Assembly: GCA_001821615.1 (NCBI GenBank)
Contig: MHMS01000006.1
Location: 1 to 56,538 of the forward strand
Length of the DNA stretch: 56,538 nt
Source: Candidatus Niyogibacteria bacterium RIFCSPLOWO2_12_FULL_41_13
GTDB lineage: Bacteria; Patescibacteriota; Minisyncoccia; 2-12-FULL-41-13
Reading direction: 5' to 3'
Shown here: positions 1 to 9,432 of the stretch, piece after piece
Layout of the letters: each line of letters starts with the position of its first letter
Numbering within the stretch: the first letter of the stretch is position 1
Program-made: the position numbers and the translations under genes
The notes under the pieces: model-generated
The model's database searches: none
Seen by the model: only the letters and a program-made list of their open reading frames with translations
Told to the model about the DNA's origin: nothing

Positions 1-1043
1 ATGTGCCCGAGCTTCAGTCCCAAAGCGGCTAAAATCAAACTGAATTCGGAAATTTGAGCGACGGTGACTCCGGTTAAAAAACTCGTTCTTTTCCTAAATC
101 CCATAATTCCCATAATTATGAGAACAATGAGCGGGTTGCCCAGAAGAACGAAAATTGAGAAAAGCAAAATCGGAATCGCAACATTACTGAAGTTTGAGAA
201 TACAAATGAAGCGCCTAAAATCACGAAGAAAATCAAAATGAAAAAATCTCGGAGTGTTTTTATTCTGGCGGCAATTTGAAAATTTTCCGAAGAATTAGCC
301 AAGGCCAAGCCGGCCAAAAGCCCGCCGATTTCAATTGAAAATCCTATTTTATTCATAAGGACGGAAATCGCAAAGAGCCAAGCCAAACTCAAAAGAAACA
401 AGAGTTCCGAGGAAACCGCGATTTTGTCAAGAATTAAGGGAATAATTTTGCGGCCAAGCCAAAGCATTGCGGCGAACAAAAATACGCCCAGAATAACGGT
501 TAAAATAGCTTTTTTAATTAAAAAATCGCTTTCGGAGTCGGAGCCCGCCAGAAAAATCAAGAGAAAAATCGCCACAAAATCTTGAATCAGCATTGTTCCC
601 ACGCTTATTCTGCCGTATAAACTATGCAAATCTTTTTTGTCGGAAAGAAGTTTGACAACGATAATCGTGCTTGAAAAAGTAAGAGCGATGGCGATGTAAG
701 CTGATTGAAGGTTGTTAAAATTCAAAGCAAGGGCGATGAAATATCCGATTGCGAAAGTGAAAATAACTTGGCCGAGTCCGACAATAAGCGCTGTTTTGCC
801 GACCAGCCGCAAAGACGAATAATTTATCTCCAGCCCCACCAGAAACAAAAGAAACATTATGCCCAAGTCGGAAAAAATTCTGAAAGTTTCTTTGTCGGCG
901 AGATTGAAAAATCCGAAGTATCCGATAAGCGCGCCGGTGGCGAGATAAGCCAGAATGACGGGCTGTTTTAAAAGTTTTGCGGCAACGCCGAAAATCGCGG
1001 AAAATAAAATTACAATCGCGAGTTCAAAAAGTCCGTCCGTCAT
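1..1043 (-). CDS. cation:proton antiporter (CPA2, Kef/NapA-like), 3' end cut by window edge
   Basis: Manual minus-strand translation from ATG at 1043 is open to the window edge: MTDGLFELAIVILFSAIFGVAAKLLKQPVILAYLATGALIGY...VAQISEFSLILAALG. Multi-TM, typical Na/K:H exchanger motifs. Absent from the ORF track because it has no stop in the window. Confidence 0.8.
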   Translation of the reverse strand, partial: MTDGLFELAIVILFSAIFGVAAKLLKQPVILAYLATGALIGYFGFFNLADKETFRIFSDLGIMFLLFLVGLEINYSSLRLVGKTALIVGLGQVIFTFAIGYFIALALNFNNLQSAYIAIALTFSSTIIVVKLLSDKKDLHSLYGRISVGTMLIQDFVAIFLLIFLAGSDSESDFLIKKAILTVILGVFLFAAMLWLGRKIIPLILDKIAVSSELLFLLSLAWLFAISVLMNKIGFSIEIGGLLAGLALANSSENFQIAARIKTLRDFFILIFFVILGASFVFSNFSNVAIPILLFSIFVLLGNPLIVLIIMGIMGFRKRTSFLTGVTVAQISEFSLILAALGLKLGH

Positions 1044-1044
1044 T

Positions 1045-1827
1045 TTATTTTATTTCATACCGTAAAGTTACGGTTGCGATGATTTCTTGGGAGCCCGGCT
1101 CAATCGTTGGCGAGGGCAAAGATGACGCGGCTTCTCCGCCAAAACCGCTTTTTGCGTAAAACGGCGAAGGGGCGTATCCTCCCTCCTCAATTGAGAGCAA
1201 TCTCCCTATTTTAAATCCGCCGGCTTTGGCGATTGAGGCCGCTTTTTCTTTTGCTTTTTTAATGGCTTGCTCCCGCGCCTGGTTTTGAAGAACTTCGGGC
1301 TCATCAACGCCGAAAGAAAGCTCTGAAACTGAATTTGCTCCGTTTTCAACCGCGCCGGACAGAATAACGCCTATTTTTTCAAAATTTCTGATTTTAACCG
1401 AAACGGTCTGGGAGATTGTATAGCCGACAATTTCCGGCGGCGGACATATTTCCGGTCTGCCGCCACCGAGAGGAATCGGGCAATTGAAATATTGGTATTT
1501 GGGATTCAGGTTATAATTTTGAGTTTTGATGTCTTTTGTTTCAACTCCTTGTGATTTTATGAATTCAATTATTTTGTTCGTTTTTTCCGTATTCTCTCTC
1601 TGCGGCTTAGCGATGTCTTTTCCTCCTTCGGTGATCACGCTAAAAGTAAATTCCGCAATATCGGGAATGGCCGTTATTTTTCCTTGTCCGTTTGCTGAAA
1701 AACTGCGGAAGGTTGACGGTTCAATTGATTTTGAATAAGTGCCGACATAGCTTATCGCCGCGTAAGCAAGCGCGAAAACTCCGATGATAATCGCGATTCC
1801 AAAATAATTTTTTATTTTTTCGTTCAT
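1045..1827 (-). CDS. SIMPL/DUF541-domain secreted protein
   Basis: 260-aa ORF with an N-terminal TM/signal. The C-terminal half (GYTISQTVSVKIRNFEKIG...QAREQAIKKAKEKA) resembles the SIMPL/26-kDa periplasmic protein family. Confidence 0.6.
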   Translation of the reverse strand: MNEKIKNYFGIAIIIGVFALAYAAISYVGTYSKSIEPSTFRSFSANGQGKITAIPDIAEFTFSVITEGGKDIAKPQRENTEKTNKIIEFIKSQGVETKDIKTQNYNLNPKYQYFNCPIPLGGGRPEICPPPEIVGYTISQTVSVKIRNFEKIGVILSGAVENGANSVSELSFGVDEPEVLQNQAREQAIKKAKEKAASIAKAGGFKIGRLLSIEEGGYAPSPFYAKSGFGGEAASSLPSPTIEPGSQEIIATVTLRYEIK

Positions 1828-1841
1828 ATTAATTAATATGT

Positions 1842-2717
1842 TTAAATTTTTTTATTTTTTAAATATCGTTTGAATTCGCCTTTGACCTCTTTGTGTTTCA
1901 AACCATAATCAACAATTGTTTTTAAAAACCCAATTTTTGAACCGCAGTCGTACATTGTTCCTTCATATTCCAAACCGTATATTGGTTTGGTTTTTAACAG
2001 CTTTTTAAACGCGTCGGTCAAATAAAGCTCTTGTTTTTTTAAATATTTCGGAAGTTTTTTTAATTTTTCCAAAATTTGGAAGATTTCCGGAGTAATTATA
2101 TATCTGCCGGCGAGCGCCAGATTTGAAGGCGCTTTTTCAGGCTCGGGTTTTTCCGCCATTCCGTCAATTTTGTATAATCTTTTTTCTATTTCTTTTCCTC
2201 TTATCACGCCGTATTTATGAACCTCCCTCTTTGGAACTTTTTTCAGGGCGACAACCGGCGCGTTATATTTTTCGTAAATATCAACTAATTGTTTAATAAC
2301 CGGTTTTTCGGAATCCGCTATCATATCGCCGAACAAAACAGCGCATGGTTCGTTATCAATCAAATGAGCGGCGTAAAGCAAAGCATCGCCGTTTCCTCTC
2401 GGCTCTTTTTGCCTGACATAAGAAAAATTCGCCATATCGGAAATTCTTTTAATTTCGTCGTATAGATTTTTTTTGCCGTTTTTAAGAAGAGCGCTTTCAA
2501 GTTCAAACGAATAATCAAAATGGTTTTCTATAGCGTGTTTGCCCCGGCCGGTGACAAAAATTATATCTTTAATGCCGGAAGCGACTGCTTCTTCTACAAT
2601 GAATTGGATAACCGGCTTATCAACAATCGGAAGCATTTCTTTCGGCTGGGCTTTTGTCGCCGGCAAAAATCTCGTGCCGAAACCCGCGACAGTGATAATC
2701 GCCTTTTTAATTTTCAT
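1842..2717 (-). CDS. galU: UTP-glucose-1-phosphate uridylyltransferase
   Basis: 291 aa. N-terminal AGFGTRFLPATKAQPKEMLPIVDKP nucleotidyltransferase motif typical of GalU. Confidence 0.9.
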   Translation of the reverse strand: MKIKKAIITVAGFGTRFLPATKAQPKEMLPIVDKPVIQFIVEEAVASGIKDIIFVTGRGKHAIENHFDYSFELESALLKNGKKNLYDEIKRISDMANFSYVRQKEPRGNGDALLYAAHLIDNEPCAVLFGDMIADSEKPVIKQLVDIYEKYNAPVVALKKVPKREVHKYGVIRGKEIEKRLYKIDGMAEKPEPEKAPSNLALAGRYIITPEIFQILEKLKKLPKYLKKQELYLTDAFKKLLKTKPIYGLEYEGTMYDCGSKIGFLKTIVDYGLKHKEVKGEFKRYLKNKKI

Positions 2718-2718
2718 A

Positions 2719-2857
2719 CCCAGTAAGACAATATCAAAATCCGCCTGCGTTCATCCGCAGTAGGACTTGTTAATGAATAATAGCTTAAATAGGGCTGGCT
2801 GTTCATTATGTTTATATAGAGATGGCGGGGATGAACTTTTGATATTGTCTTACTGGG
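2719..2857 (-). mobile_element. 139-bp TIR element, divergent-core member of the CCCAGTAAGAC family
   Basis: Perfect 21-bp TIRs CCCAGTAAGACAATATCAAAA (2719-2739) and its reverse complement (2837-2857). CATA lies on both outer flanks (2715-2718, 2858-2861). The core is unrelated to the 142-bp copies. Confidence 0.8.
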
Positions 2858-2867
2858 CATATTTTTG

Positions 2868-2875
2868 ATTATACA
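2868..2875 (-). promoter_or_regulatory. extended -10 promoter (TGTATAAT) upstream of the element/galU
   Basis: Minus strand reads TGTATAAT-caaaaat-ATG, with 7 nt between the -10 and the first ATG (2858-2860). Confidence 0.5.
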
Positions 2876-2894
2876 ATTTTTAAAATAAAAGAAA

Positions 2895-2916
2895 AAGCCC
2901 ATTAATTAAAGGGCTT
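2895..2916 (-). terminator. hairpin terminator (T-run on minus strand)
   Basis: AAGCCC-attaattaaa-GGGCTT stem-loop. The minus strand continues TTTTCTTTTATTTT. Confidence 0.5.
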
Positions 2917-3078
2917 GTTTTAATGAGAAGCGCCGCAACTTATGGAGGCGCTCATAACACAGAAAGGAGGAAAACTGTTATGAGCTTTGGAGGAAGCTGC
3001 GGCGCTACATAATACAGAACAATCTTCTAAAGATTAGTTTAAAAAATGCGCCGCGGAAAGTCAACCTCGTCCCCTCCC

Positions 3079-4356
3079 CTAGCGCGCCGCCAAAAAATCT
3101 CTTATTGCCTGAATTTTTTCTTGAACAACCGGATCATCATCGGCGTATCCCTGAATTTCTCCATTATCCCGCAAAATCATATAAGTGAAGGTCTCGGCGA
3201 TGTCTTCCATGGTTTCAGATGTAAAAATTATTTTCTCTATTTCAAATTCTACGACATCCTCAAAAAATTCGGCGTTTCTTTTAGCCATTTTAACGACGAA
3301 TTTTTTGTCATCATTATTGTCCGAATAAACATTCTTATAAAATTCAATTACGGTTTCTTTGTCCATTGTTTTCAGATATTCGGAATACACGCGCCCCCTT
3401 ATAGGATAAAAACTGACGTATCCTTCCGGCCTTTCTCTATTTGTTACGCCGTCCATCGCGAGCGGCGGCAATTGTTTGTTTAATTTACGGAATATTTTTT
3501 CAAGAACATCGGCTTTTTTAATTTCATTTTCGTGCAACAGATGAGCTATCTCATGAATTATTATTCCCTTGTTTGGATTTTCAATTTTAGAATATACAAA
3601 ATCAACAACATCCTTTCTGCCAAAAACAATCTCATTGAATTGAAAATCTCTTTTTTGCGATCTCATTCTTTCGCTTGATTCATTTATAATGAGGTCGTAA
3701 TAATTGGTGTCTTTTTTATTTCTTTCATTGGCTGAGGTGGAAAGCTTTATTATTATATCAGCATTGCTTCTTCCGGCCTGTTTTTCTTGATCGATATAAT
3801 TTTCCAAATCAGATGGCGACTGATAATAATTGGGAACAGCGCTCATCCCGTCATAAAATCCCCTCGGTAGTTTTAAAAACATCAGATTTAATTCTTCAAC
3901 CTTATTCGGCGCGACATTCCTAACCGACTTCAGTGCCTCTTCAATATCCTTCAACTCTTCCAACATATATTTATCTATCGGACCTAAAACATCAACATTG
4001 TATTTTTCTTTTAAAAATTGCTTTTGCTCCATTTGAGGCTTTAATTCTTCAAAACCCTGTTCTAATTCGCGATAAATCTCCGGGCCGTGTTCAAGGTCTC
4101 CTCTTTCGGCAAAAGCCCGCTCACCAACCGGAATTGAAAGAACGGCAGCCATGGCCATAACCCTTAATGATTCGCGGATTTTTTCCTTGGATAATAATTT
4201 GGGAAAATGTAAAATATCGCCAATTGTTTCTTTGACGTAGCTGAAAAAGATTTCTTCCGTTCTGGCAATCGCTTCCATTTTCTTTTCAGGCGGAGTTTCT
4301 CTTTCTTCCGTTTCTTTTTCCTGAAAAATGTTTATTTCCGGCTTAAATCTTTCCAT
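3079..4356 (-). CDS. hypothetical protein with HExxH zinc-metallopeptidase motif
   Basis: 425-aa ORF containing GIIIHEIAHLLHE. No other recognisable family signature. Confidence 0.5.
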   Translation of the reverse strand: MERFKPEINIFQEKETEERETPPEKKMEAIARTEEIFFSYVKETIGDILHFPKLLSKEKIRESLRVMAMAAVLSIPVGERAFAERGDLEHGPEIYRELEQGFEELKPQMEQKQFLKEKYNVDVLGPIDKYMLEELKDIEEALKSVRNVAPNKVEELNLMFLKLPRGFYDGMSAVPNYYQSPSDLENYIDQEKQAGRSNADIIIKLSTSANERNKKDTNYYDLIINESSERMRSQKRDFQFNEIVFGRKDVVDFVYSKIENPNKGIIIHEIAHLLHENEIKKADVLEKIFRKLNKQLPPLAMDGVTNRERPEGYVSFYPIRGRVYSEYLKTMDKETVIEFYKNVYSDNNDDKKFVVKMAKRNAEFFEDVVEFEIEKIIFTSETMEDIAETFTYMILRDNGEIQGYADDDPVVQEKIQAIRDFLAAR

Positions 4357-4607
4357 GGAGTTTTAAAAATTTTTCTTTCTTCGCCTAAAACTTTCAAAAA
4401 ATATTCCGGATTTTTAGTCAAAACCGCCCTTTCTTTTTCAATTAAAATTTTTGTCGCTCGGGATAAATCTTCGGGATAATTGTTTTTTAAAAAAATAAAC
4501 GCCTGAAAATATTCATCCGAAAGCTTATTCAGATTTCTTAGCCAAAAATCTTTGCCTTCTTTATCAAGAGGCAAATTAGCGACCAGATTGTCAAATTTTT
4601 TCCGCAT
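4332..4607 (-). CDS. hypothetical protein
   Basis: 91-aa ORF, co-oriented with and overlapping the downstream ORF by 25 nt. Confidence 0.4.
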   Translation of the reverse strand: MRKKFDNLVANLPLDKEGKDFWLRNLNKLSDEYFQAFIFLKNNYPEDLSRATKILIEKERAVLTKNPEYFLKVLGEERKIFKTPWKDLSRK

Positions 4608-4691
4608 ATTGATGTCAAATGTTATTTGTTATTCGTTTAATCATTTCCTCAACCTCTTTATTTGCGGTTATTCTATAAAATTTTGGCGCCA

Positions 4692-4719
4692 TTGACAAGC
4701 GTCTTAAAAAATATATAAT
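4692..4719 (+). promoter_or_regulatory. sigma70-type promoter
   Basis: TTGACA (4692-4697), 16-nt spacer, TATAAT (4714-4719). Lies about 95 nt upstream of the zinc-ribbon ORF. Confidence 0.55.
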
Positions 4720-4814
4720 ACGGCGTATAGTGGATTCGAGGATAAAATTAGCTGTCATAGCGTTGTTTTGCCTCGGGTTTTTAAAAGGTCGTAAAGTTAA
4801 TAAAACGAGGTAAA

Positions 4815-4997
4815 ATGGCGTATCAGGATAATAACGGCGGCTTTCAGCGGCAAATGTACGACGGAAAATGGAAATGTTCAAAGTGCGGAACGGAAATAAC
4901 TCAACTTCCGTTCCAACCTTCTCCAGACCGTCTTGACCAGTTAAAATGCCGAGATTGCTACCGCGATTCGCGACCTTCTTTCAACAGAGGCCGCTAA
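4815..4997 (+). CDS. small CxxC...CxxC zinc-ribbon protein
   Basis: 60 aa with CSKC...LPFQPSPDR...CRDCY, resembling the CxxC-x17-CxxC domain family. GAGG RBS upstream and a terminator downstream. Confidence 0.65.
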   Translation: MAYQDNNGGFQRQMYDGKWKCSKCGTEITQLPFQPSPDRLDQLKCRDCYRDSRPSFNRGR

Positions 4998-5008
4998 ATT
5001 AAAATAAA

Positions 5009-5037
5009 ACGCCCCGATTTTCGGGGCGTTTTATTTT
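5009..5037. terminator. bidirectional rho-independent terminator
   Basis: ACGCCCCGA-ttt-TCGGGGCGT with A-run and T-run flanks, between convergent genes. Confidence 0.8.
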
Positions 5038-5042
5038 ATTCA

Positions 5043-5107
5043 CCCCGTTAGAAGTCCGATGCGCTCCCGCATTAATAGTCGCCTTGGGCGACTTACTTCT
5101 AACGGGG
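5043..5107 (-). mobile_element. 65-bp miniature TIR element (CCCCGTTAGA family)
   Basis: 13-bp perfect TIR CCCCGTTAGAAGT (5043-5055) / ACTTCTAACGGGG (5095-5107). Flanks are TTCA (5039-5042) and TTCG (5108-5111). Confidence 0.7.
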
Positions 5108-5560
5108 TTCGTACTTTATTTCTATCTTGTCGTTGTCTCGCATAATATAGTTTTCAAATTCGCCGCTTTCTTTGCCGTTAATAAACATTTTTACTTTTCC
5201 AGTTTCGCCGTTGCAAAATTCAAAAATGCAGTTTGAATCAAATCTTTTTTTCCAAATTTTAAAAAATTGGCTAAGTTTAATATCGTTTTCTCTCACCGCG
5301 CGGCTGAATTCCATATGAATTATATTGTCGGCTTCATGAGTATGAAGGGGCAGATGAATCGCGCCAATACCGACATTTGCCGGAATTTCCTGTTTTTCGC
5401 CTTTGATATAAATTGAAAGCTCTGAATGCCAGTGAATTCCATTTTTGGAAATAAGTTTGTTATTCTCGCCATTGCTCGTTTTGCTCGCGGCGGAATACCA
5501 AATAAAAAAACCGGCAATCGCCGCCAAAATAATCGCAACTAAAATCGCCTTTTTACTCAT
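5099..5560 (-). CDS. membrane-anchored His-rich hypothetical protein
   Basis: 153 aa, N-terminal TM, HWHSELS...HTHEADNIIHME motifs. The last two codons and the TAG stop lie inside the element TIR. Confidence 0.55.
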   Translation of the reverse strand: MSKKAILVAIILAAIAGFFIWYSAASKTSNGENNKLISKNGIHWHSELSIYIKGEKQEIPANVGIGAIHLPLHTHEADNIIHMEFSRAVRENDIKLSQFFKIWKKRFDSNCIFEFCNGETGKVKMFINGKESGEFENYIMRDNDKIEIKYEPR

Positions 5561-5630
5561 ATACTAATTATACATTAAGTTTTATATAATATACAACAAA
5601 AAAACGAGTTAGGGCGTAATTCAGATAATT

Positions 5631-7100
5631 ATGGATTTAAAAAGACTTCAAAATAAAGTTAAAAAAATAACCAAAAAGTTAAATTTAGCAAATTCTCCGG
5701 AATTATGCGGTCTAGATTTCTCCAGTGAAGCTGGAGAAATATCCAAAGAAATTTTAGAATTAACAGACTATGGCCGAAGGGAGCATGTTTATAACCCTGA
5801 TTTAGCAAGAGAACTGGGAGACGCTTTTTATTCTTTGATTACACTGGCAAATATTTATGATATTAACTTAGAAGAACAATTATTAAGCAGTTTAAAAAAA
5901 TACGAAAAAAGAGAACAAAAAAGGAAAGATTTAACGCAATGCAAAGTAAAATTAGAGCCGATCGTATTGGCAAAAAATTTTTTATGTTTAAATAGTGTGG
6001 TTGGATGCAGAAATAATTGTGTTTATTGTTATAAACACGGATGGGATTTTGAAAATAAATTCAAACCGGCAAAAATTTTTGGGGTTTCAACAATTCTAAA
6101 GAACATCAAAAAATATAAATATTTTCACTCAAGTATCCCCCTGGCAATTCATAATAGCGCGACAGACCCATTTCAAGAAGGTGTTACTAAAACGACCTTT
6201 GAAATTTTAGACGGATTGGAAAAAATGAAAATAAATAATATTGTGGGATTAATTACGAAAGAGTATTTATCGGAGGAGATTATAAAACGATTGGAGAATT
6301 ATAAAAATATTCGTCTTGTTATTTTTATAACTTTTTCTTTGCTTCCTGAAAAATTTGAAAAAGTAATTAATGATAGAAGAATAGAATCAATGAAGAATCT
6401 TTCAAAATCAAAATTAAAGAAAGTTCTTTACTATAGACCTGTCATTTCGGGAATAAACGACTCAGAAAATATTGTCCAGAAAATAGTTGGTCTCGGGGAA
6501 AAATATTTCAATTGTATCGTTCGTTCATCTTTGAAAGTTGATATTAATACAATAGAATACATGGCGAAAAGAGGAATTTTTATTGATTCTAATTATGACA
6601 TTGGTTTGAATATCCATGATTCTTTAAAGCAAATGCCTTCTGAAACCAGAAAAAGAGTAGATAAAGTTTTAGTCAGATCAAAAATCCCATATTTCAAAAA
6701 AACTTCATGCGCAATAAGCTATTTATTTAACGAACCTGATTATAATTCTCAATGGGTAAGAAAAGAAATTTATTGCTCAGGGAATTGCCCGAAAGAGCAA
6801 CAAAAAATATGTTTGCGGCAATCATTAAAACAGCCAGATTCTCATGAAATAGAAAGGATTTTGCAACACTTAAAATTAAATGCCAAATATAAAATTTTCA
6901 AAGACAGAATAACAATAGAATCCAAGAATGTTTTTTATTCAGATATTAAATTTTTAAGAATTGTCTTAAGGTTTCCCGTTTTGATTCTTATTGATCAAGA
7001 AGAACTAACCGCAGAGGAATATGACAGAAAATATGTAAATGCTGACAGAAATGAAATAAGAAAGTTGATAAAAAAGAAAGGTATTTCTAATTATTCCTAA
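5631..7100 (+). CDS. MazG-like nucleotide pyrophosphohydrolase domain fused to radical SAM (SplB/COG1533-like) domain
   Basis: The N-terminal ~100 aa (EAGEISKEILE...ELGDAFYSLITLANIYDINLEE...KKYEKR) look MazG-like. This is followed by GCRNNCVYCY, a CxxxCxxC radical SAM cluster motif, and a TIM-like body. Confidence 0.65.
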   Translation: MDLKRLQNKVKKITKKLNLANSPELCGLDFSSEAGEISKEILELTDYGRREHVYNPDLARELGDAFYSLITLANIYDINLEEQLLSSLKKYEKREQKRKDLTQCKVKLEPIVLAKNFLCLNSVVGCRNNCVYCYKHGWDFENKFKPAKIFGVSTILKNIKKYKYFHSSIPLAIHNSATDPFQEGVTKTTFEILDGLEKMKINNIVGLITKEYLSEEIIKRLENYKNIRLVIFITFSLLPEKFEKVINDRRIESMKNLSKSKLKKVLYYRPVISGINDSENIVQKIVGLGEKYFNCIVRSSLKVDINTIEYMAKRGIFIDSNYDIGLNIHDSLKQMPSETRKRVDKVLVRSKIPYFKKTSCAISYLFNEPDYNSQWVRKEIYCSGNCPKEQQKICLRQSLKQPDSHEIERILQHLKLNAKYKIFKDRITIESKNVFYSDIKFLRIVLRFPVLILIDQEELTAEEYDRKYVNADRNEIRKLIKKKGISNYS

Positions 7101-7152
7101 GAATTTTAAATTATTCTAACAACAGCAAGCGTGATAAAAATACCTTTTTTAT

Positions 7153-9429
7153 TCATAATTTTTTCAATCTTAATGAATTTAACACAACGGAAACAGAGCT
7201 GAAAGCCATAGCGGCGCCGGCTAAAATTGGATTGAGCAAAATTCCGAAAAACGGATAAAGAGCGCCGGCCGCCACAGGAATCAAGACGATATTATAAACA
7301 TAAGCCCAGAAAAGATTTTGTTTTATATTGGTTAAAGTTCGTCGGCTTAATTTTATCGCCTCATAAATAGTGAGAGGGTCGCCGGAAATCAAAGTGATGT
7401 CGCCCGACTCTATGGCGATATCCGTGCCGGTGCCGATGGCGATACCCACATCCGCTTGAGCCAAGGCGGGCGCGTCGTTAATCCCGTCGCCAACCATCGC
7501 CGTTTTTTTGCCTTGCCGTTGAAGCTCTTTTATTTTTTCGGTTTTTTGCGCGGGAAGAACTCTTGCCATAATATTCGTAATACCGAGTTTTTTTCCAACC
7601 GCTTCTGCTGTTCTTTCGTTGTCTCCGGTAATCATCCAAACATCAAGACCCAATTTTTTCAATAATTTTACCGCCTCTACCGCTGTTTCTTTTATCTCGT
7701 CAGCCACGGCGATTATTCCGAGTGTCTTGCTCTCTTGAGCCAAAAAAAGCAGGGTTTTTCCTTCCGTTTCCAGAGAAAGAACTTGTTTTTCTGTTTCAGA
7801 AGAAATTTCCGCTCCTATTTCTTTAAGCATAGCCCGATTACCCAAAAATAATTTTTGGTATAGTTCGTTGATTTTGAGCTCTCCTTCAATTCCTTTTCCG
7901 GGATGAGCCAGAAAATTTTTAACTTCGTATAAATCGGCGTTTTCCGCTTTTTTAACCACTGCTTTTGCGATTGGGTGTTCGGAAAGTTTTTCCATACTCG
8001 CGGAAATCTTCAAAATTTCTTTTTCCGAAAATGTTTTTGTCAAAGATATGATGTCGGTTATCGCCGGCTCTCCCTTGGTAAGCGTTCCGGTTTTATCAAG
8101 AACGATTGTGTCAATTTTGCCGGCAAGTTCCAGCGCTTCGGCGTCGCGGATAATGATGCCGCGCTGCGCTCCTTTTCCCGTGCCGACCATAATCGCGGTG
8201 GGCGTGGCAAGCCCCAAAGCGCAGGGGCAAGCGATGACCAAGACCGCGACCGCGTTGATTAGCGCGAAGCTTAATGAAGGCGACGGTCCCCAAATAATTC
8301 CGCTTACAAAACTTAAAATCGCAACGAGCAGGACAATCGGCACAAACCAGCCGGTTATTCTGTCGGTAAATTGCTGAATCGGCGCTTTTGAAGATTGGGC
8401 CTCTTCAACAAGTTTTATAATTTGAGCTAAAAAGGTTTCTTTGCCGACTTTATTCGCTCTGAATTTAAAAGCGCCGGTTTTGTTGATTGTGGCTCCTATT
8501 ACTTCATTGCCAGCTTTTTTATCAACCGGCATTGGTTCGCCCGTCACCATTGATTCGTCAATCGCCGACTCTCCTTCAATAATAATGCCGTCTACGGGAA
8601 TTTTTTCTCCCGGTTTTACAATGACGATGTCGCCTTTTTGAACTTCTTCAATCGGTATTTCCATTTCATGTTTTCCTTCATGAAGGATTCTAGCTTTTTT
8701 CGCCTGAAGTTTTAAAAGTTTTTTAATCGCTTCCGAAGCCGCTCCTTTTGCCTTGGCTTCAAGATATTTTCCAAGAATGACTAGGGTTGTGACAATCGCC
8801 GATACGTCAAAATAAACCTTAAGATTACCGGTCGCAAATCGTAAATCGCCAATCGTTGAAAAAACAACAAAGGCGCTGAAAAAGAACGCCGCGCCGGTGC
8901 CCATCGCGACCAAGGTGTCCATATTGGCGGTGAAGTTTTTGAGCCCGTACCAAGCCCCCCGCCAAAATTGCCAGCCAACCAAAAATTCAATCGGAATTGT
9001 GATTAAAAAAAGAATAAAAAGCCGAAATAAATCCGGCATTAATTTTCCGATGGATTGAAAATAGTCGGGAAGACTTAATAAAACGACAAAGACAGAAAGA
9101 ACCGCACCTAAAATAAATTTCTTGCGAAGCGATTTTATTTCCGCCTCTTTTAGCATTCGGTGATGGTCATGCTCTTCGGTAGTCGGCCCGCGAGCTTCAT
9201 GGCCTTTATGTTTTTCGTCCGCGTCCGTAATCAATTGATAACCGGTTTTTGCCACTGCTTCTTTTAAAGTTTCGGGCGTTGCCGGATTTTCGTATTCAAC
9301 TGAAGCTTTTTCGGTCGCAAAATTGACTTCAGCGTTCTTAACTCCCGTAGCTTTTTTCAAAGCTCTTTCAACGGTCAAAGCGCATGAAGCGCAGTGCATG
9401 CCTGCAATTATAAATTGTTCTTTTTTCAC
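7153..9429 (-). CDS. copA: copper-translocating P-type ATPase
   Basis: 758 aa. N-terminal HMA domain [11 protein letters not shown] motif ([11 protein letters not shown]), [15 protein letters not shown]. Confidence 0.93.
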   Translation of the reverse strand: MKKEQFIIAGMHCASCALTVERALKKATGVKNAEVNFATEKASVEYENPATPETLKEAVAKTGYQLITDADEKHKGHEARGPTTEEHDHHRMLKEAEIKSLRKKFILGAVLSVFVVLLSLPDYFQSIGKLMPDLFRLFILFLITIPIEFLVGWQFWRGAWYGLKNFTANMDTLVAMGTGAAFFFSAFVVFSTIGDLRFATGNLKVYFDVSAIVTTLVILGKYLEAKAKGAASEAIKKLLKLQAKKARILHEGKHEMEIPIEEVQKGDIVIVKPGEKIPVDGIIIEGESAIDESMVTGEPMPVDKKAGNEVIGATINKTGAFKFRANKVGKETFLAQIIKLVEEAQSSKAPIQQFTDRITGWFVPIVLLVAILSFVSGIIWGPSPSLSFALINAVAVLVIACPCALGLATPTAIMVGTGKGAQRGIIIRDAEALELAGKIDTIVLDKTGTLTKGEPAITDIISLTKTFSEKEILKISASMEKLSEHPIAKAVVKKAENADLYEVKNFLAHPGKGIEGELKINELYQKLFLGNRAMLKEIGAEISSETEKQVLSLETEGKTLLFLAQESKTLGIIAVADEIKETAVEAVKLLKKLGLDVWMITGDNERTAEAVGKKLGITNIMARVLPAQKTEKIKELQRQGKKTAMVGDGINDAPALAQADVGIAIGTGTDIAIESGDITLISGDPLTIYEAIKLSRRTLTNIKQNLFWAYVYNIVLIPVAAGALYPFFGILLNPILAGAAMAFSSVSVVLNSLRLKKL

Positions 9430-9432
9430 TAT

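Noticed and set aside
2923-3012. Tiny plus-strand ORFs (29 and 10 codons). The shorter has a strong AAAGGAGG RBS. They are bracketed by a 9-bp inverted repeat, AGCGCCGCA / TGCGGCGCT.
   Set aside because: They lie between the stop of the minus-strand 425-aa gene and its likely terminator, so the region is probably 3' UTR of that gene. No promoter is evident on the plus strand. Too little evidence to call.
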